The notes under the pieces are model-generated. The model was not told the DNA's origin and ran no database searches. It worked only from the letters and a program-made list of their open reading frames with translations. Below, piece by piece: positions 15,926 to 24,425 of a stretch of DNA of 32,396 nucleotides; positions within the stretch are counted from its first letter, which is position 1; each line of letters starts with the position of its first letter. Source of the DNA: a virus (Duplodnaviria > Caudoviricetes); IMG/VR virus record IMGVR_UViG_3300016649_000049, positions 1 to 32,396 of that record. One strand, 5' to 3'. Position numbers and translations under genes: made by a program.

Positions 15926-18813
15926 AAAAAATACTTGCAAGTACAATTTTAGTATCAGCTTTAATATTTGATTTTGTTAATAATCTTTTTATTAATCCAA
16001 TAAGCCAAGAAGTTATATCTTTATACAAAGCAGAACCAGCTACAATTACTGCAATCATTACTACAATTATAGTAACTGCAATTAGTTATATTATTGCACC
16101 AAGTCCAAAGAAACCAAGATTTGGTTCAACAGATGAAACAAAAGGAATATTAGTTAATAAAGATTCTAACAATAATCCAATACCAGTTGTTTATGGACAA
16201 AGACAAGTTGGATTAACTAGAGTTTATGTTGAAAGTTCAGGAACAGATAATCAATATCTTTATATCGCTGGTGTTCTTTGTGAAGGTGGTGGAAAAGGAA
16301 TTGAATCCATAGATGAAATTTATGTTGATGATAAACTTGTAACTTGGTCAGGTGCATTAACAGATGGCACAGTAAGAACAGTAGATAGTTCTGATACAAA
16401 TTTTTATAAAGACAGCACAAGTTTAATATCAGTACAAGGGTTTTATGGTTTAGATAATCAATCAGCTTCTTCATTATTACAAGAACAAGCTAACTGGACA
16501 TCAAATCATAAATTATCAGGATTAGCTTATTTGGCTTTAAGATTTAAGTGGAATCAAGATGCTTTTAGTGGTGTTCCTGAAGTTAGAGTTACATTAAAAG
16601 GTAAAAAGATTTATGACCCAAGATTAGATTCAACAAAAGGTGGTTCTGGTTCTCATAGAGAAGATGACGCAACTACTTGGGCTTATTCTGCAAACTCATC
16701 ATTAGTTCTTTTAGATTATCTAAGAAATAGTAGATATGGAAAAGGATTACCTAATTCTGCTTTTGAAACTAATTATGATTCATTTAAAACTTCTGCAAAC
16801 ACTTGCGATACACAAGTAACTCCTTATTCTGGTGGTTCTAATATAAATTTATTTGAAACAAATGCAGTTATAGATAGTGAGAAAAAAGTAATTGAAAATG
16901 TAAGAGAACTATTAGTTCCAATGCGTTGTATATTTAATTACACACAAGGAAAATACAAAGTTATTATTGAAGGAACTGGAAGTTCACAATTATTATTAAC
17001 AAAAGATAATGTTGTAAGCGAAGTTAAATTACAAGGAGAAAATAAATCTGAAAAATATAATAGAGTTGTAGGAACATTTACTAACCCAGATAAAGATTAT
17101 CAAGCTGATACAGTTTCTTATCCACCCTATGATGATTCTGCATTAGCACCAGCAGATCAACACGCAACAATGTTAGCTGAAGATAATGGAACTTTATTAG
17201 AAAGAAGTTTTGATATGATTCATGTTACTTCACCTTATCAAGCTGAAGAAATATGCGAGAACATATTAAAAAGATCAAGAAACAATTTAAAAGCAGAAGT
17301 TACAGTAACATCAGAAGCATTAAATTTATCTATTGGCGACATTGTAACAGCAACTTATGAAACTGCTGGATTTGTTGCTAAACCATTTAGAGTTATGTCT
17401 TTATCAATTAATTCAGATAGTACAGTTAATCTTGGATTAGAAGAACATCAAGACAATTTTTACACTTGGGAACAAAAAAGCGAAGCACCTACTATTCCTG
17501 ATACTGATTTACCTAATCCTTTTTCTGTTTCTGCACCTGCTTCAGTTACTTTAGATGACCAACTAATTGAATACTCAGATGGAGTTGTTATTACTGCTCT
17601 TGATGTAACGATTGGTGCTTCTCCTGATAATTTTGTGGATTATTACCAAGTGGAATACAAACTAAGCACCGATACTGATTACATTGTATCTGGTCAAGTT
17701 AGAGGATTAAATCATAGAATACTAAATGTTGTAGATGGATTAATTTATAATGTAAGAGTAAAAGCATTTAACACATTAGGAGTACAATCTACTTATACTT
17801 CAGCTTCAAGAACTATTGTTGGTGGAACAGCATTACCAAGTGATGTTGAAGATTTTGCTTGTAACATTGTTGGACAAGACGCACACTTATCTTGGAAACA
17901 AATACCTGACTTAGACTTGGCATATTATCAAGTAAGATATTCAACAGTAACAAGTGGTGCTACTTGGATTAATTCGGTTTCATTAGTTGAAAAAGTTGCA
18001 AGACCAGCTACTTCAGTTACAGTTCCAGCTAGGGTAGGATCGTATCTTATTAAAGCCGTAGATAAAGCAGGAAATTTATCTGTTAATGAAACTATTATTT
18101 CTACAAATCTTTTAAGTGTTGGAAATTTTAATGCAGTTACTACTCAAACTGAATCTCCATCATTTTCAGGAACAAAAACTAATTTAACAGTTTCAGGTGG
18201 AGAATTAAAACTTACATCTACATCTAGTGAAGGAATTTATTTATTTTCTGCACCAATAAATTTGGGTGGAGTTTTTACTTCTAGAATAACAGCTTCAATT
18301 ACTCAATACGCAGAAAATACAACTGATTTATTTGATAGTGGTAGAGGATTTACACTTTTTGATGACGCAACTGGTTCATTTGATGGAGACGCATCAACAT
18401 ATACAAATGCACATTTAGAAATAGCTTTATCTGATGATAATGTAACATATTCATCATTTAGAAATTTTGTAATTGGAGATTACACAGCAAGATATTATAA
18501 GTTTAGATTAAGGTTATATTCTTTAGATGGAGTTTCTACTCCAGTTATTACTGCTTTATCAGTTACAGTAGATATGCCAGATAGAATATTTAGTGGTAAT
18601 GATATTATTTCAGGAACTGGAACTAAATCTATAACATTTACTTTACCTTTTTATTCTGCTAATTATGCAGTTGGTATTACAGCACAAGGAATGGCTACTG
18701 GAGACTATTTCTTATTAACAAACAAAACTACAACAGGTTTTGATGTAGCATTTAAAAATAGTTCAGGAACTGGAATATCAAAGACATTTGATTATATGGC
18801 AAAAGGTTACTAG
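15922..18813 (+). CDS. Central tail tip/host-specificity protein (gpJ-like hub with FN3 domains)
   Basis: PIPVVYG, GLAYLALRF, KGKKIYDPR, LLDYLRN.RYG.G and FN3-like YQVEYK..YNVRVKAFN motifs. Confidence 0.88.
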   Translation: MKKILASTILVSALIFDFVNNLFINPISQEVISLYKAEPATITAIITTIIVTAISYIIAPSPKKPRFGSTDETKGILVNKDSNNNPIPVVYGQRQVGLTRVYVESSGTDNQYLYIAGVLCEGGGKGIESIDEIYVDDKLVTWSGALTDGTVRTVDSSDTNFYKDSTSLISVQGFYGLDNQSASSLLQEQANWTSNHKLSGLAYLALRFKWNQDAFSGVPEVRVTLKGKKIYDPRLDSTKGGSGSHREDDATTWAYSANSSLVLLDYLRNSRYGKGLPNSAFETNYDSFKTSANTCDTQVTPYSGGSNINLFETNAVIDSEKKVIENVRELLVPMRCIFNYTQGKYKVIIEGTGSSQLLLTKDNVVSEVKLQGENKSEKYNRVVGTFTNPDKDYQADTVSYPPYDDSALAPADQHATMLAEDNGTLLERSFDMIHVTSPYQAEEICENILKRSRNNLKAEVTVTSEALNLSIGDIVTATYETAGFVAKPFRVMSLSINSDSTVNLGLEEHQDNFYTWEQKSEAPTIPDTDLPNPFSVSAPASVTLDDQLIEYSDGVVITALDVTIGASPDNFVDYYQVEYKLSTDTDYIVSGQVRGLNHRILNVVDGLIYNVRVKAFNTLGVQSTYTSASRTIVGGTALPSDVEDFACNIVGQDAHLSWKQIPDLDLAYYQVRYSTVTSGATWINSVSLVEKVARPATSVTVPARVGSYLIKAVDKAGNLSVNETIISTNLLSVGNFNAVTTQTESPSFSGTKTNLTVSGGELKLTSTSSEGIYLFSAPINLGGVFTSRITASITQYAENTTDLFDSGRGFTLFDDATGSFDGDASTYTNAHLEIALSDDNVTYSSFRNFVIGDYTARYYKFRLRLYSLDGVSTPVITALSVTVDMPDRIFSGNDIISGTGTKSITFTLPFYSANYAVGITAQGMATGDYFLLTNKTTTGFDVAFKNSSGTGISKTFDYMAKGY

Positions 18814-20835
18814 ATGGCACAACACGATTTTAATATAGCTAATGCAACATTTCCTTCAGTTCGTTCTGATATTAATTCAGCTTTATCTGCTATTAATTCA
18901 AGTCAATCAGGAACATCAAGACCAAGTTCTGCTGTTGCAGGAACTATTTGGCTAGACACTACAAACGCAACTTCTCCAACTTTAAAATTTTATGATGGTG
19001 CTGATGATATTTCTTTAGCAACAATTAATTACACAGCTAACACAGTTGATTGGTTAGATTCATCAATTACAATTACTGGACTTTCTACGACTGCAACTGG
19101 AACTGTTTTAAGTTTATCAGATTCAGCAAATACAACTTCTGTTAATCTAATTATAGATAATCAAAAAGAAGTAAGATTTAGAGAAACGACTGCAAATGGA
19201 ACAAATTACATAGGATTAAAAGCACCTGCTTCTGTAACTTCCGATTTAACTTTTACATTACCAGTAGCACCTACTGCAAACAATCAAGCATTAGTTTCTT
19301 CTACTGCTGGTGTTATGTCTTTTACTCCTTATACATTTCCTTCTTCAGATGGAACAAATGGTCAAGCATTAGTAACAAATGGTTCTGGTGCATTGTCTTT
19401 TGGTTCTTCTGTTCCTGAACAATTAGTTAAATCTGTACCACTTGCAAGTGGTGTTTCTGTTACAGCAGGAAAACTTGCTTCTATTGGACCTGCTGGAACA
19501 GTTGTTGCACTTCCAACTTTAAATACTTTTGGAACGGCAAGAACAAATTCAACAACTACTGCTTATACTAATATTTCATTTACTGGTGAAACAGCAATTA
19601 GAGGTGGTGTATCAGGTTCAAACACAACATGGAATGGTGTTGCAATTTCAAATTCTGCAAATCCAACAAATGGTACAGTTCAAGTTACTGATAGTGGTCC
19701 TTGGGGTGCTGGTAATCGTTTTGCTTATCCACTTGGAACAAATAAATTTTTATGCGGTCATTATAATTCTTATACTGTTCCTTGTGGTCCACAAGGTTAT
19801 GGAATAAATCTTTTTATTGTAGCAGTTGATTCAACAACAGGAAACTGCACAAAGGGAAATGTTATAGGATATAATCCATCTGGTCCAGGTGGTGGTCCAG
19901 GTCCAAGCGTTGGTACAGTTTCAATAGGACAAATAACAAAAGATTTATTTACTATAACTTTTACTGGTTCAAATCCAAATTCACAAAATTATGGTATAAT
20001 TAGAAACACAACTGCAAATACATTAACTTTAACTTCAGATGCAGATGCTAATGATTGGTCAACAACAAGTATGGGTTCAGGTTTATTAACAACAAATAAT
20101 ATTTTAGGTAGAGGTACTGGTGCTACTTGGAGAACAGCGACATATACAACGACACCTTCTGTAACAATAGGAACAAAAACAGATACAACTCAAGTTGCAG
20201 ATTATTTAAGTAATGGTTCTTGGGCAAAAATGGGACTTGCTACAACAGATAGTGCTGATTATGTTATAACAACTTATACTAATACAAGTGGTGTTGGTAG
20301 ATACATAACTTATTCTGTAAATCAAACAACTGGTGCATTAACACAAGTTGAAACTGGATTACAAACAGCTCTAAATAGTAATGACGCTTCATCTTTTGTT
20401 TTTAAAGATAAAAATAGTTTTATAGGAAGTAATGCTTCATTTGCTTTTACAAATGGTGCAATAAATACTCCAGCTTATAACGCATCATATTCTCTTGGAA
20501 CAATGAGATATAATAGTGGAGATTTATTTTATTCATTTGGTACTTCTTTAACTGGTTATCCAACTAATACTGGATTTACAGTTAATGCTTATGGTACAAA
20601 TACATTTAGTTATCTTGGAGTTGTAAAAACTACAACAAGTGTATCTCCAGCATCAATAGTAACAGATGGAGTTGCTAATGGATTTTCAAGTTTATCAATA
20701 GGAAGTCCATATTGGGCAACTCTACCAATAGATGGTACAGTTAGTGCCACTCCTGCATCAGGACCTTCTGCTGTATATGTTGGAAAAGCTATATCGGCTA
20801 CTGAAATATTATTAAAAAGGAGTGATAATAATTAA
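18814..20835 (+). CDS. Tail fibre/receptor-binding protein
   Basis: MAQHDFNIAN..FPSVRSDIN.AL N-terminus, LP..DG..GQAL.T.G.G.LSF repeats, and Ser/Thr/Gly-rich beta composition. Confidence 0.85.
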   Translation: MAQHDFNIANATFPSVRSDINSALSAINSSQSGTSRPSSAVAGTIWLDTTNATSPTLKFYDGADDISLATINYTANTVDWLDSSITITGLSTTATGTVLSLSDSANTTSVNLIIDNQKEVRFRETTANGTNYIGLKAPASVTSDLTFTLPVAPTANNQALVSSTAGVMSFTPYTFPSSDGTNGQALVTNGSGALSFGSSVPEQLVKSVPLASGVSVTAGKLASIGPAGTVVALPTLNTFGTARTNSTTTAYTNISFTGETAIRGGVSGSNTTWNGVAISNSANPTNGTVQVTDSGPWGAGNRFAYPLGTNKFLCGHYNSYTVPCGPQGYGINLFIVAVDSTTGNCTKGNVIGYNPSGPGGGPGPSVGTVSIGQITKDLFTITFTGSNPNSQNYGIIRNTTANTLTLTSDADANDWSTTSMGSGLLTTNNILGRGTGATWRTATYTTTPSVTIGTKTDTTQVADYLSNGSWAKMGLATTDSADYVITTYTNTSGVGRYITYSVNQTTGALTQVETGLQTALNSNDASSFVFKDKNSFIGSNASFAFTNGAINTPAYNASYSLGTMRYNSGDLFYSFGTSLTGYPTNTGFTVNAYGTNTFSYLGVVKTTTSVSPASIVTDGVANGFSSLSIGSPYWATLPIDGTVSATPASGPSAVYVGKAISATEILLKRSDNN

Positions 20836-21086
20836 TGAAACAATTTTATACTTTAGAAGAAGTTAAGGCTTATGCAAAAAAATTGTTAGAAGAAACAGAT
20901 TATAGCGTTTTGCCAGATGTAAATTTATCTAATAAAAATGAATTTATAAACTTTAGAATACTTATTAGAAATGTTTATTTTAATCCAAGTTTAAGTTTTC
21001 AATTTCCTGATAATCCTTCTCCAATTTGGTCTAAAAATTCTCAAATTATTAATGAACAACCAAATACTGATTTACCAACAGAATAA
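20835..21086 (+). CDS. Tail fibre assembly chaperone
   Basis: LLEETDYSVLPD...FINFR..IRN...FP..P..IW motif; follows the fibre gene. Confidence 0.75.
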   Translation: MKQFYTLEEVKAYAKKLLEETDYSVLPDVNLSNKNEFINFRILIRNVYFNPSLSFQFPDNPSPIWSKNSQIINEQPNTDLPTE

Positions 21087-21367
21087 TGACAATACGTATT
21101 GAACCAAAATACTCATTTAATTATGAAGGTGCTACTATAAATATTTATCACGCAAATAAAGGAGAAGGATTACCGAAACACGAACATTTATATTCTCATG
21201 CAACTATGTGTCATTCAGGCAGTTGTATTGTAAGAAAAGAAAATAAAGAAATTATTTTAAACAAAGAACACAACCCTATTAATCTAAAACAAAAAGAATG
21301 GCACGAAATAGAGTCTTTAGAAGATAATACAGTATTTGTTAATATATTTAAAACTGGTAATAATTAA
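21086..21367 (+). CDS. Cupin-fold protein
   Basis: GLPKHEHLYSHATMCHSGS ... WHEIESLEDNTVFVNIF. Confidence 0.8.
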   Translation: MTIRIEPKYSFNYEGATINIYHANKGEGLPKHEHLYSHATMCHSGSCIVRKENKEIILNKEHNPINLKQKEWHEIESLEDNTVFVNIFKTGNN

Positions 21368-21370
21368 TAC

Positions 21371-21399
21371 TTTACAATACTTAATAAAATACATATAAA
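21371..21399 (+). promoter_or_regulatory. Candidate promoter for a leaderless oxygenase mRNA
   Basis: TTTACA-17-TATAAA; ATG follows after 7 nt (21407); no SD. Confidence 0.5.
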
Positions 21400-21406
21400 T
21401 TAATAA

Positions 21407-22039
21407 ATGGACTATTTGAAGGCACAACCAGAAATAATTGGTATATTTCCTACACCAATTTATATTGAAAATATAAATAGAGAATTAACAGCAAAAGAAA
21501 AAAATTTTTTTTTGAAAATAAAAGAAAAGGATTTTCCAAATACTGGTAATACTACTAGTATAGATAATTACATATTAGAAAATAAAGAATTAACAAATTT
21601 AAAAAAAGATCTTTTACAGTCTTTAAATAATTATTATGAAAAAATAATTTGTCCAAGACATGAAATTAAACCTTATATTACTCAATCTTGGTTAAATTGG
21701 ACAAAAAAACAACAATTTCATCATCAACACAATCACCCTAATTCTATCATATCTGGTGTATTTTATGTAGATATTGATGAAAAAGTTGATACAATAGATT
21801 TTTTTAAAACTGATTATATTAATATAAAAATAGAACCTGATTTAAAAAAAACAAATATGTTAAATTCAAATAATGTTAAATTAAATTTAAAAAAAGGAAT
21901 GATAATTTTATTTCCTTCTCATTTAAGTCATGCTGTAAGTCAAAAACAAGACGATAATTTAAGAACTAGTTTGGCATTTAATACTTTTGCAAATGGTATT
22001 TTTGGCGAGAATAGAGAACTTACTGAATTAAAACTTTAA
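21407..22039 (+). CDS. 2OG-Fe(II) oxygenase (TIGR02466-like)
   Basis: FPTPIY, ITQSWLN, HHQHNHPNSIISGVFY, LFPSHLSHAV and RTSLAFN motifs. Confidence 0.9.
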   Translation: MDYLKAQPEIIGIFPTPIYIENINRELTAKEKNFFLKIKEKDFPNTGNTTSIDNYILENKELTNLKKDLLQSLNNYYEKIICPRHEIKPYITQSWLNWTKKQQFHHQHNHPNSIISGVFYVDIDEKVDTIDFFKTDYINIKIEPDLKKTNMLNSNNVKLNLKKGMIILFPSHLSHAVSQKQDDNLRTSLAFNTFANGIFGENRELTELKL

Positions 22040-22045
22040 AATAAT

Positions 22046-22153
22046 ATGATTATATTTATACTTGGAATAATATTAGGTTTGTATCTTGAATGGAAATTTG
22101 AGATCGCTAAATATATTATTGAATCGGTCAAAGAACATTTAAACATCAAATAG
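22046..22153 (+). CDS. 35-aa membrane micropeptide
   Basis: MIIFILGIILGLYLEWKFEIAKYIIESVKEHLNIK*. Confidence 0.6.
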   Translation: MIIFILGIILGLYLEWKFEIAKYIIESVKEHLNIK

Positions 22154-22155
22154 AC

Positions 22156-22190
22156 TTGTAATTTTGTTGCAACGCACCATATATGTTGCA
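22156..22190 (+). promoter_or_regulatory. Promoter overlapped by a PhaR-box-like operator
   Basis: TTGTAA(22156-61)...CATATA(22178-83); TGTTGC-AAC-GCACCA at 22165-79 and a second TGTTGCA at 22184-90. Confidence 0.55.
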
Positions 22191-22237
22191 TGATATACAC
22201 GACAGAAGAAAATAACTTTTACTCAAAGGAGAATAAT

Positions 22238-22357
22238 ATGTTGAACTATTCCGACATAAAGAACTATTGGTCTAAATTCTACGCAGATGCTTTTGAAGAT
22301 GCAAAATCATACTGGAAGAACTATTTTGATTTGGTTCAAAATATCTATAAAAAATAA
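22238..22357 (+). CDS. 39-aa aromatic amphipathic peptide (phasin/apolipoprotein-like)
   Basis: AAGGAG SD; MLNYSDIKNYWSKFYADAFEDAKSYWKNYFDLVQNIYKK*; an in-frame upstream ATG also exists at 22190. Confidence 0.75.
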   Translation: MLNYSDIKNYWSKFYADAFEDAKSYWKNYFDLVQNIYKK

Positions 22358-22386
22358 CTTTATTAAACCATAATAGTTTGATATTA

Positions 22387-22527
22387 ATGCACAAAAATTT
22401 AATGTGCATTTACAGATTAGCTAATGGCAGTTGTGTCTTGCTAAAGTCTTGCAAATGCTTAAACGACAATGGCAAGAACACAATCAGAAGAACTAATATC
22501 ATTAAAGGGACATATCACAGGAGTTAA
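22387..22527 (+). CDS. Possible Cys-rich micropeptide
   Basis: MHKNLMCIYRLANGSCVLLKSCKCLND...; overlaps the next gene by 59 nt; no SD. Confidence 0.35.
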   Translation: MHKNLMCIYRLANGSCVLLKSCKCLNDNGKNTIRRTNIIKGTYHRS

Positions 22528-22657
22528 AAATTCAGTTAAGGTACTATCGGTATCTGTTTATAAACTAGAAAAAAAGGTAGAGAACCTTTACTGGTCTATA
22601 CTTTGTGGAATTGGTGCGTTGGCTTTAGCTTTGATTACGATATTTCTTGCCAAGTAA
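22469..22657 (+). CDS. Coiled-coil protein with C-terminal TM (XhlA-like, possible lysis accessory)
   Basis: LEKKVENLYW followed by SILCGIGALALALITIFL. Confidence 0.6.
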   Translation: MARTQSEELISLKGHITGVKNSVKVLSVSVYKLEKKVENLYWSILCGIGALALALITIFLAK

Positions 22658-22675
22658 GACGAATACAACTACTAG
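22647..22675 (+). promoter_or_regulatory. Candidate promoter for a leaderless phosphoesterase mRNA
   Basis: TTGCCA-17-TACTAG; ATG follows after 6 nt (22682); near-identical to TTGCTA-17-TACTAG at 30615. Confidence 0.55.
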
Positions 22676-22681
22676 GAAGTA

Positions 22682-23380
22682 ATGAATAAAAGAATCTTAG
22701 TCATATCTGATTTGCATATTCCATATCATAGACCTGATAGCTTTGAATTTTTAAAAGAAATTAAAAAAGAATATAAACCTGATTGTGTGGTAAATATCGG
22801 TGATGAGATTGATTGCCACGCATTAAGTTTCCATGACCACAATCCTGACTTGGCTTCTGCTGGACATGAACTTATTAGAGCAAAAGATTTTATAAAAGAA
22901 CTAGAATCAATATTCCCAGTTATGACTTTGCTAGACTCAAATCATTCTAGCTTAGTTTATCGTAGAGCAATTAAATCAGGAATACCTAAAGGTTATCTAA
23001 GAGACTATAACGATTTCTTAAATGTTAAAAAATGGAACTGGCAAGATAATCTAACTCTTACTCTACCAAATAAACAAAGATGTTTTTTTACTCATGGTAT
23101 TTCTGCTGATGTTACTAAAGTATCTCAAATCAATGGAATGAGTTGTGTGCAGGGACATTTTCATTCTAAGTTCAAAATTGAATACTGGGCTAATCCTGAT
23201 GCTTTATTTTTTGCTATGCAAGTAGGTTGTTTGATACAACAAACTAATATGGCTTTTACTTATTCTAAAAACTTTAAAACAAAATTCATCATGGGTTGTG
23301 GAATGATTATAGATTCTACTCCTAGACTTATGCCAATGGTACTTAATAAGGAAGGTAAATGGATAGGGAAGTTAGTTTAA
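22682..23380 (+). CDS. Calcineurin-like metallophosphoesterase
   Basis: SDLH, GDEID, SNH, THG and GHFH motifs. Confidence 0.92.
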   Translation: MNKRILVISDLHIPYHRPDSFEFLKEIKKEYKPDCVVNIGDEIDCHALSFHDHNPDLASAGHELIRAKDFIKELESIFPVMTLLDSNHSSLVYRRAIKSGIPKGYLRDYNDFLNVKKWNWQDNLTLTLPNKQRCFFTHGISADVTKVSQINGMSCVQGHFHSKFKIEYWANPDALFFAMQVGCLIQQTNMAFTYSKNFKTKFIMGCGMIIDSTPRLMPMVLNKEGKWIGKLV

Positions 23381-23802
23381 AAGAATTACTTTTTTCTGAG
23401 ACTGCAACAAGACTTGGAATAGACAACACTCCAACTGACCAAATACTAATTAATTTACAAACATTAATTTACGAAATTATCAATCCAATCATAAATCAAT
23501 TTAATTCTATTAAAATAACTTCTGGCTATCGTTCTCCTGCATTATGCAAAGCCATAGGAAGTTCTGTAACTAGCCAACATACCAAAGGTGAAGCCGTAGA
23601 TTTTGTCATTCCTAATATTTCTAATCAAGAAGTAAGTTTATGGATTGTTAAGAACTTAGAATTTGACCAATGTATCTTAGAATTTTGGAAACCTGAAACT
23701 AACTCAGGGTGGGTTCACATTTCTTATAACAAAGGCAACAATAGAAAAATGTATTTAAGAGCATATAAATCTAATGGAAGAACAGTTTATGAAGTCTTAT
23801 AA
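23359..23802 (+). CDS. Peptidase M15 endolysin
   Basis: SETATRLGIDNTP, ITSGYRS..L..AIG....SQH..GEAVD, FDQCILE and WVHIS motifs. Confidence 0.9.
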   Translation: MDREVSLKELLFSETATRLGIDNTPTDQILINLQTLIYEIINPIINQFNSIKITSGYRSPALCKAIGSSVTSQHTKGEAVDFVIPNISNQEVSLWIVKNLEFDQCILEFWKPETNSGWVHISYNKGNNRKMYLRAYKSNGRTVYEVL

Positions 23803-23998
23803 AAAACAAGTTGGTGGTAACCACTATAAAAAATATAAGATTCAACCTGTTGAATTTATTATAAAAAATAATATTGGATTTTGTGAAGGTAATATCATAA
23901 AGTACATTTTAAGATTTAAAGAGAAGGGTGGTGTAGCCGACTTAGAAAAGGCAAAACACTATATAGAACTACTAATAGATTCAACTAAAAGTAGATAA
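23789..23998 (+). CDS. DUF3310 (SaV-like/T7 gp1.7-like nucleotide kinase domain)
   Basis: QVGGNHYK..IQP.EFI..GFCEGNIIKYILR..KGG..DLEKAKHY; start at 23789 or 23774. Confidence 0.88.
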   Translation: MKSYKKQVGGNHYKKYKIQPVEFIIKNNIGFCEGNIIKYILRFKEKGGVADLEKAKHYIELLIDSTKSR

Positions 23999-24022
23999 TA
24001 TCATTTAATCTAATATAAGCGA

Positions 24023-24100
24023 TTTTAAGGCATTGTGGCTTTAAAAATACGATATACGACAAACAAACCTATAATATCAAAAAAAATGGGTAATTTGTCG
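24023..24100 (+). other. Two predicted stem-loops in an intergenic gap
   Basis: TTTTAAGGC/GCTTTAAAA (24023-46); CGACAAA..ACCTA/TGGGT..TTTGTCG (24057-100). Confidence 0.45.
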
Positions 24101-24130
24101 GTTTAAATAGGCAAATTTAAGGAGTTTTAT

Positions 24131-24424
24131 ATGTCAAATTACATAGTAACTAAGATAGACCCAGATTTTACTCCATTAGTTTATACTGTTGGAACATCAT
24201 CTGCACAATCTGCTACAATAGTAACTGGTTCAGGATTGGTAAGAATAGCTACAAAAGGTTGTGAAGCACATATTAAGTTTGGCAGTAATCCAACTGCAAC
24301 AACTTCAGATGTTTTATTACCACCTGACCATGTAGAAATATTCGCTTTTAAATCAGGCGATAAGATTGCGTTCATTCGTTCTTCTAGTTCTACTGGCGAT
24401 ATTTCAATTTGTGCAGTAGATTAA
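24131..24424 (+). CDS. Small beta-rich protein, possibly virion decoration
   Basis: AAGGAG SD; SAQS..VRIA..HIKFG.NPTAT..GDKIAFI pattern. Confidence 0.6.
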   Translation: MSNYIVTKIDPDFTPLVYTVGTSSAQSATIVTGSGLVRIATKGCEAHIKFGSNPTATTSDVLLPPDHVEIFAFKSGDKIAFIRSSSSTGDISICAVD

Positions 24425-24425
24425 T

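Noticed and set aside
18814-20835. Diversity-generating retroelement or invertible segment acting on the tail fibre
   Set aside because: No reverse transcriptase, invertase or template/variable repeat pair seen.
24020-24125. SAM-II/SAM-V or c-di-GMP riboswitch, or tRNA
   Set aside because: The conserved cores of these RNAs and a cloverleaf with a T-loop could not be matched by eye here or elsewhere in the window.
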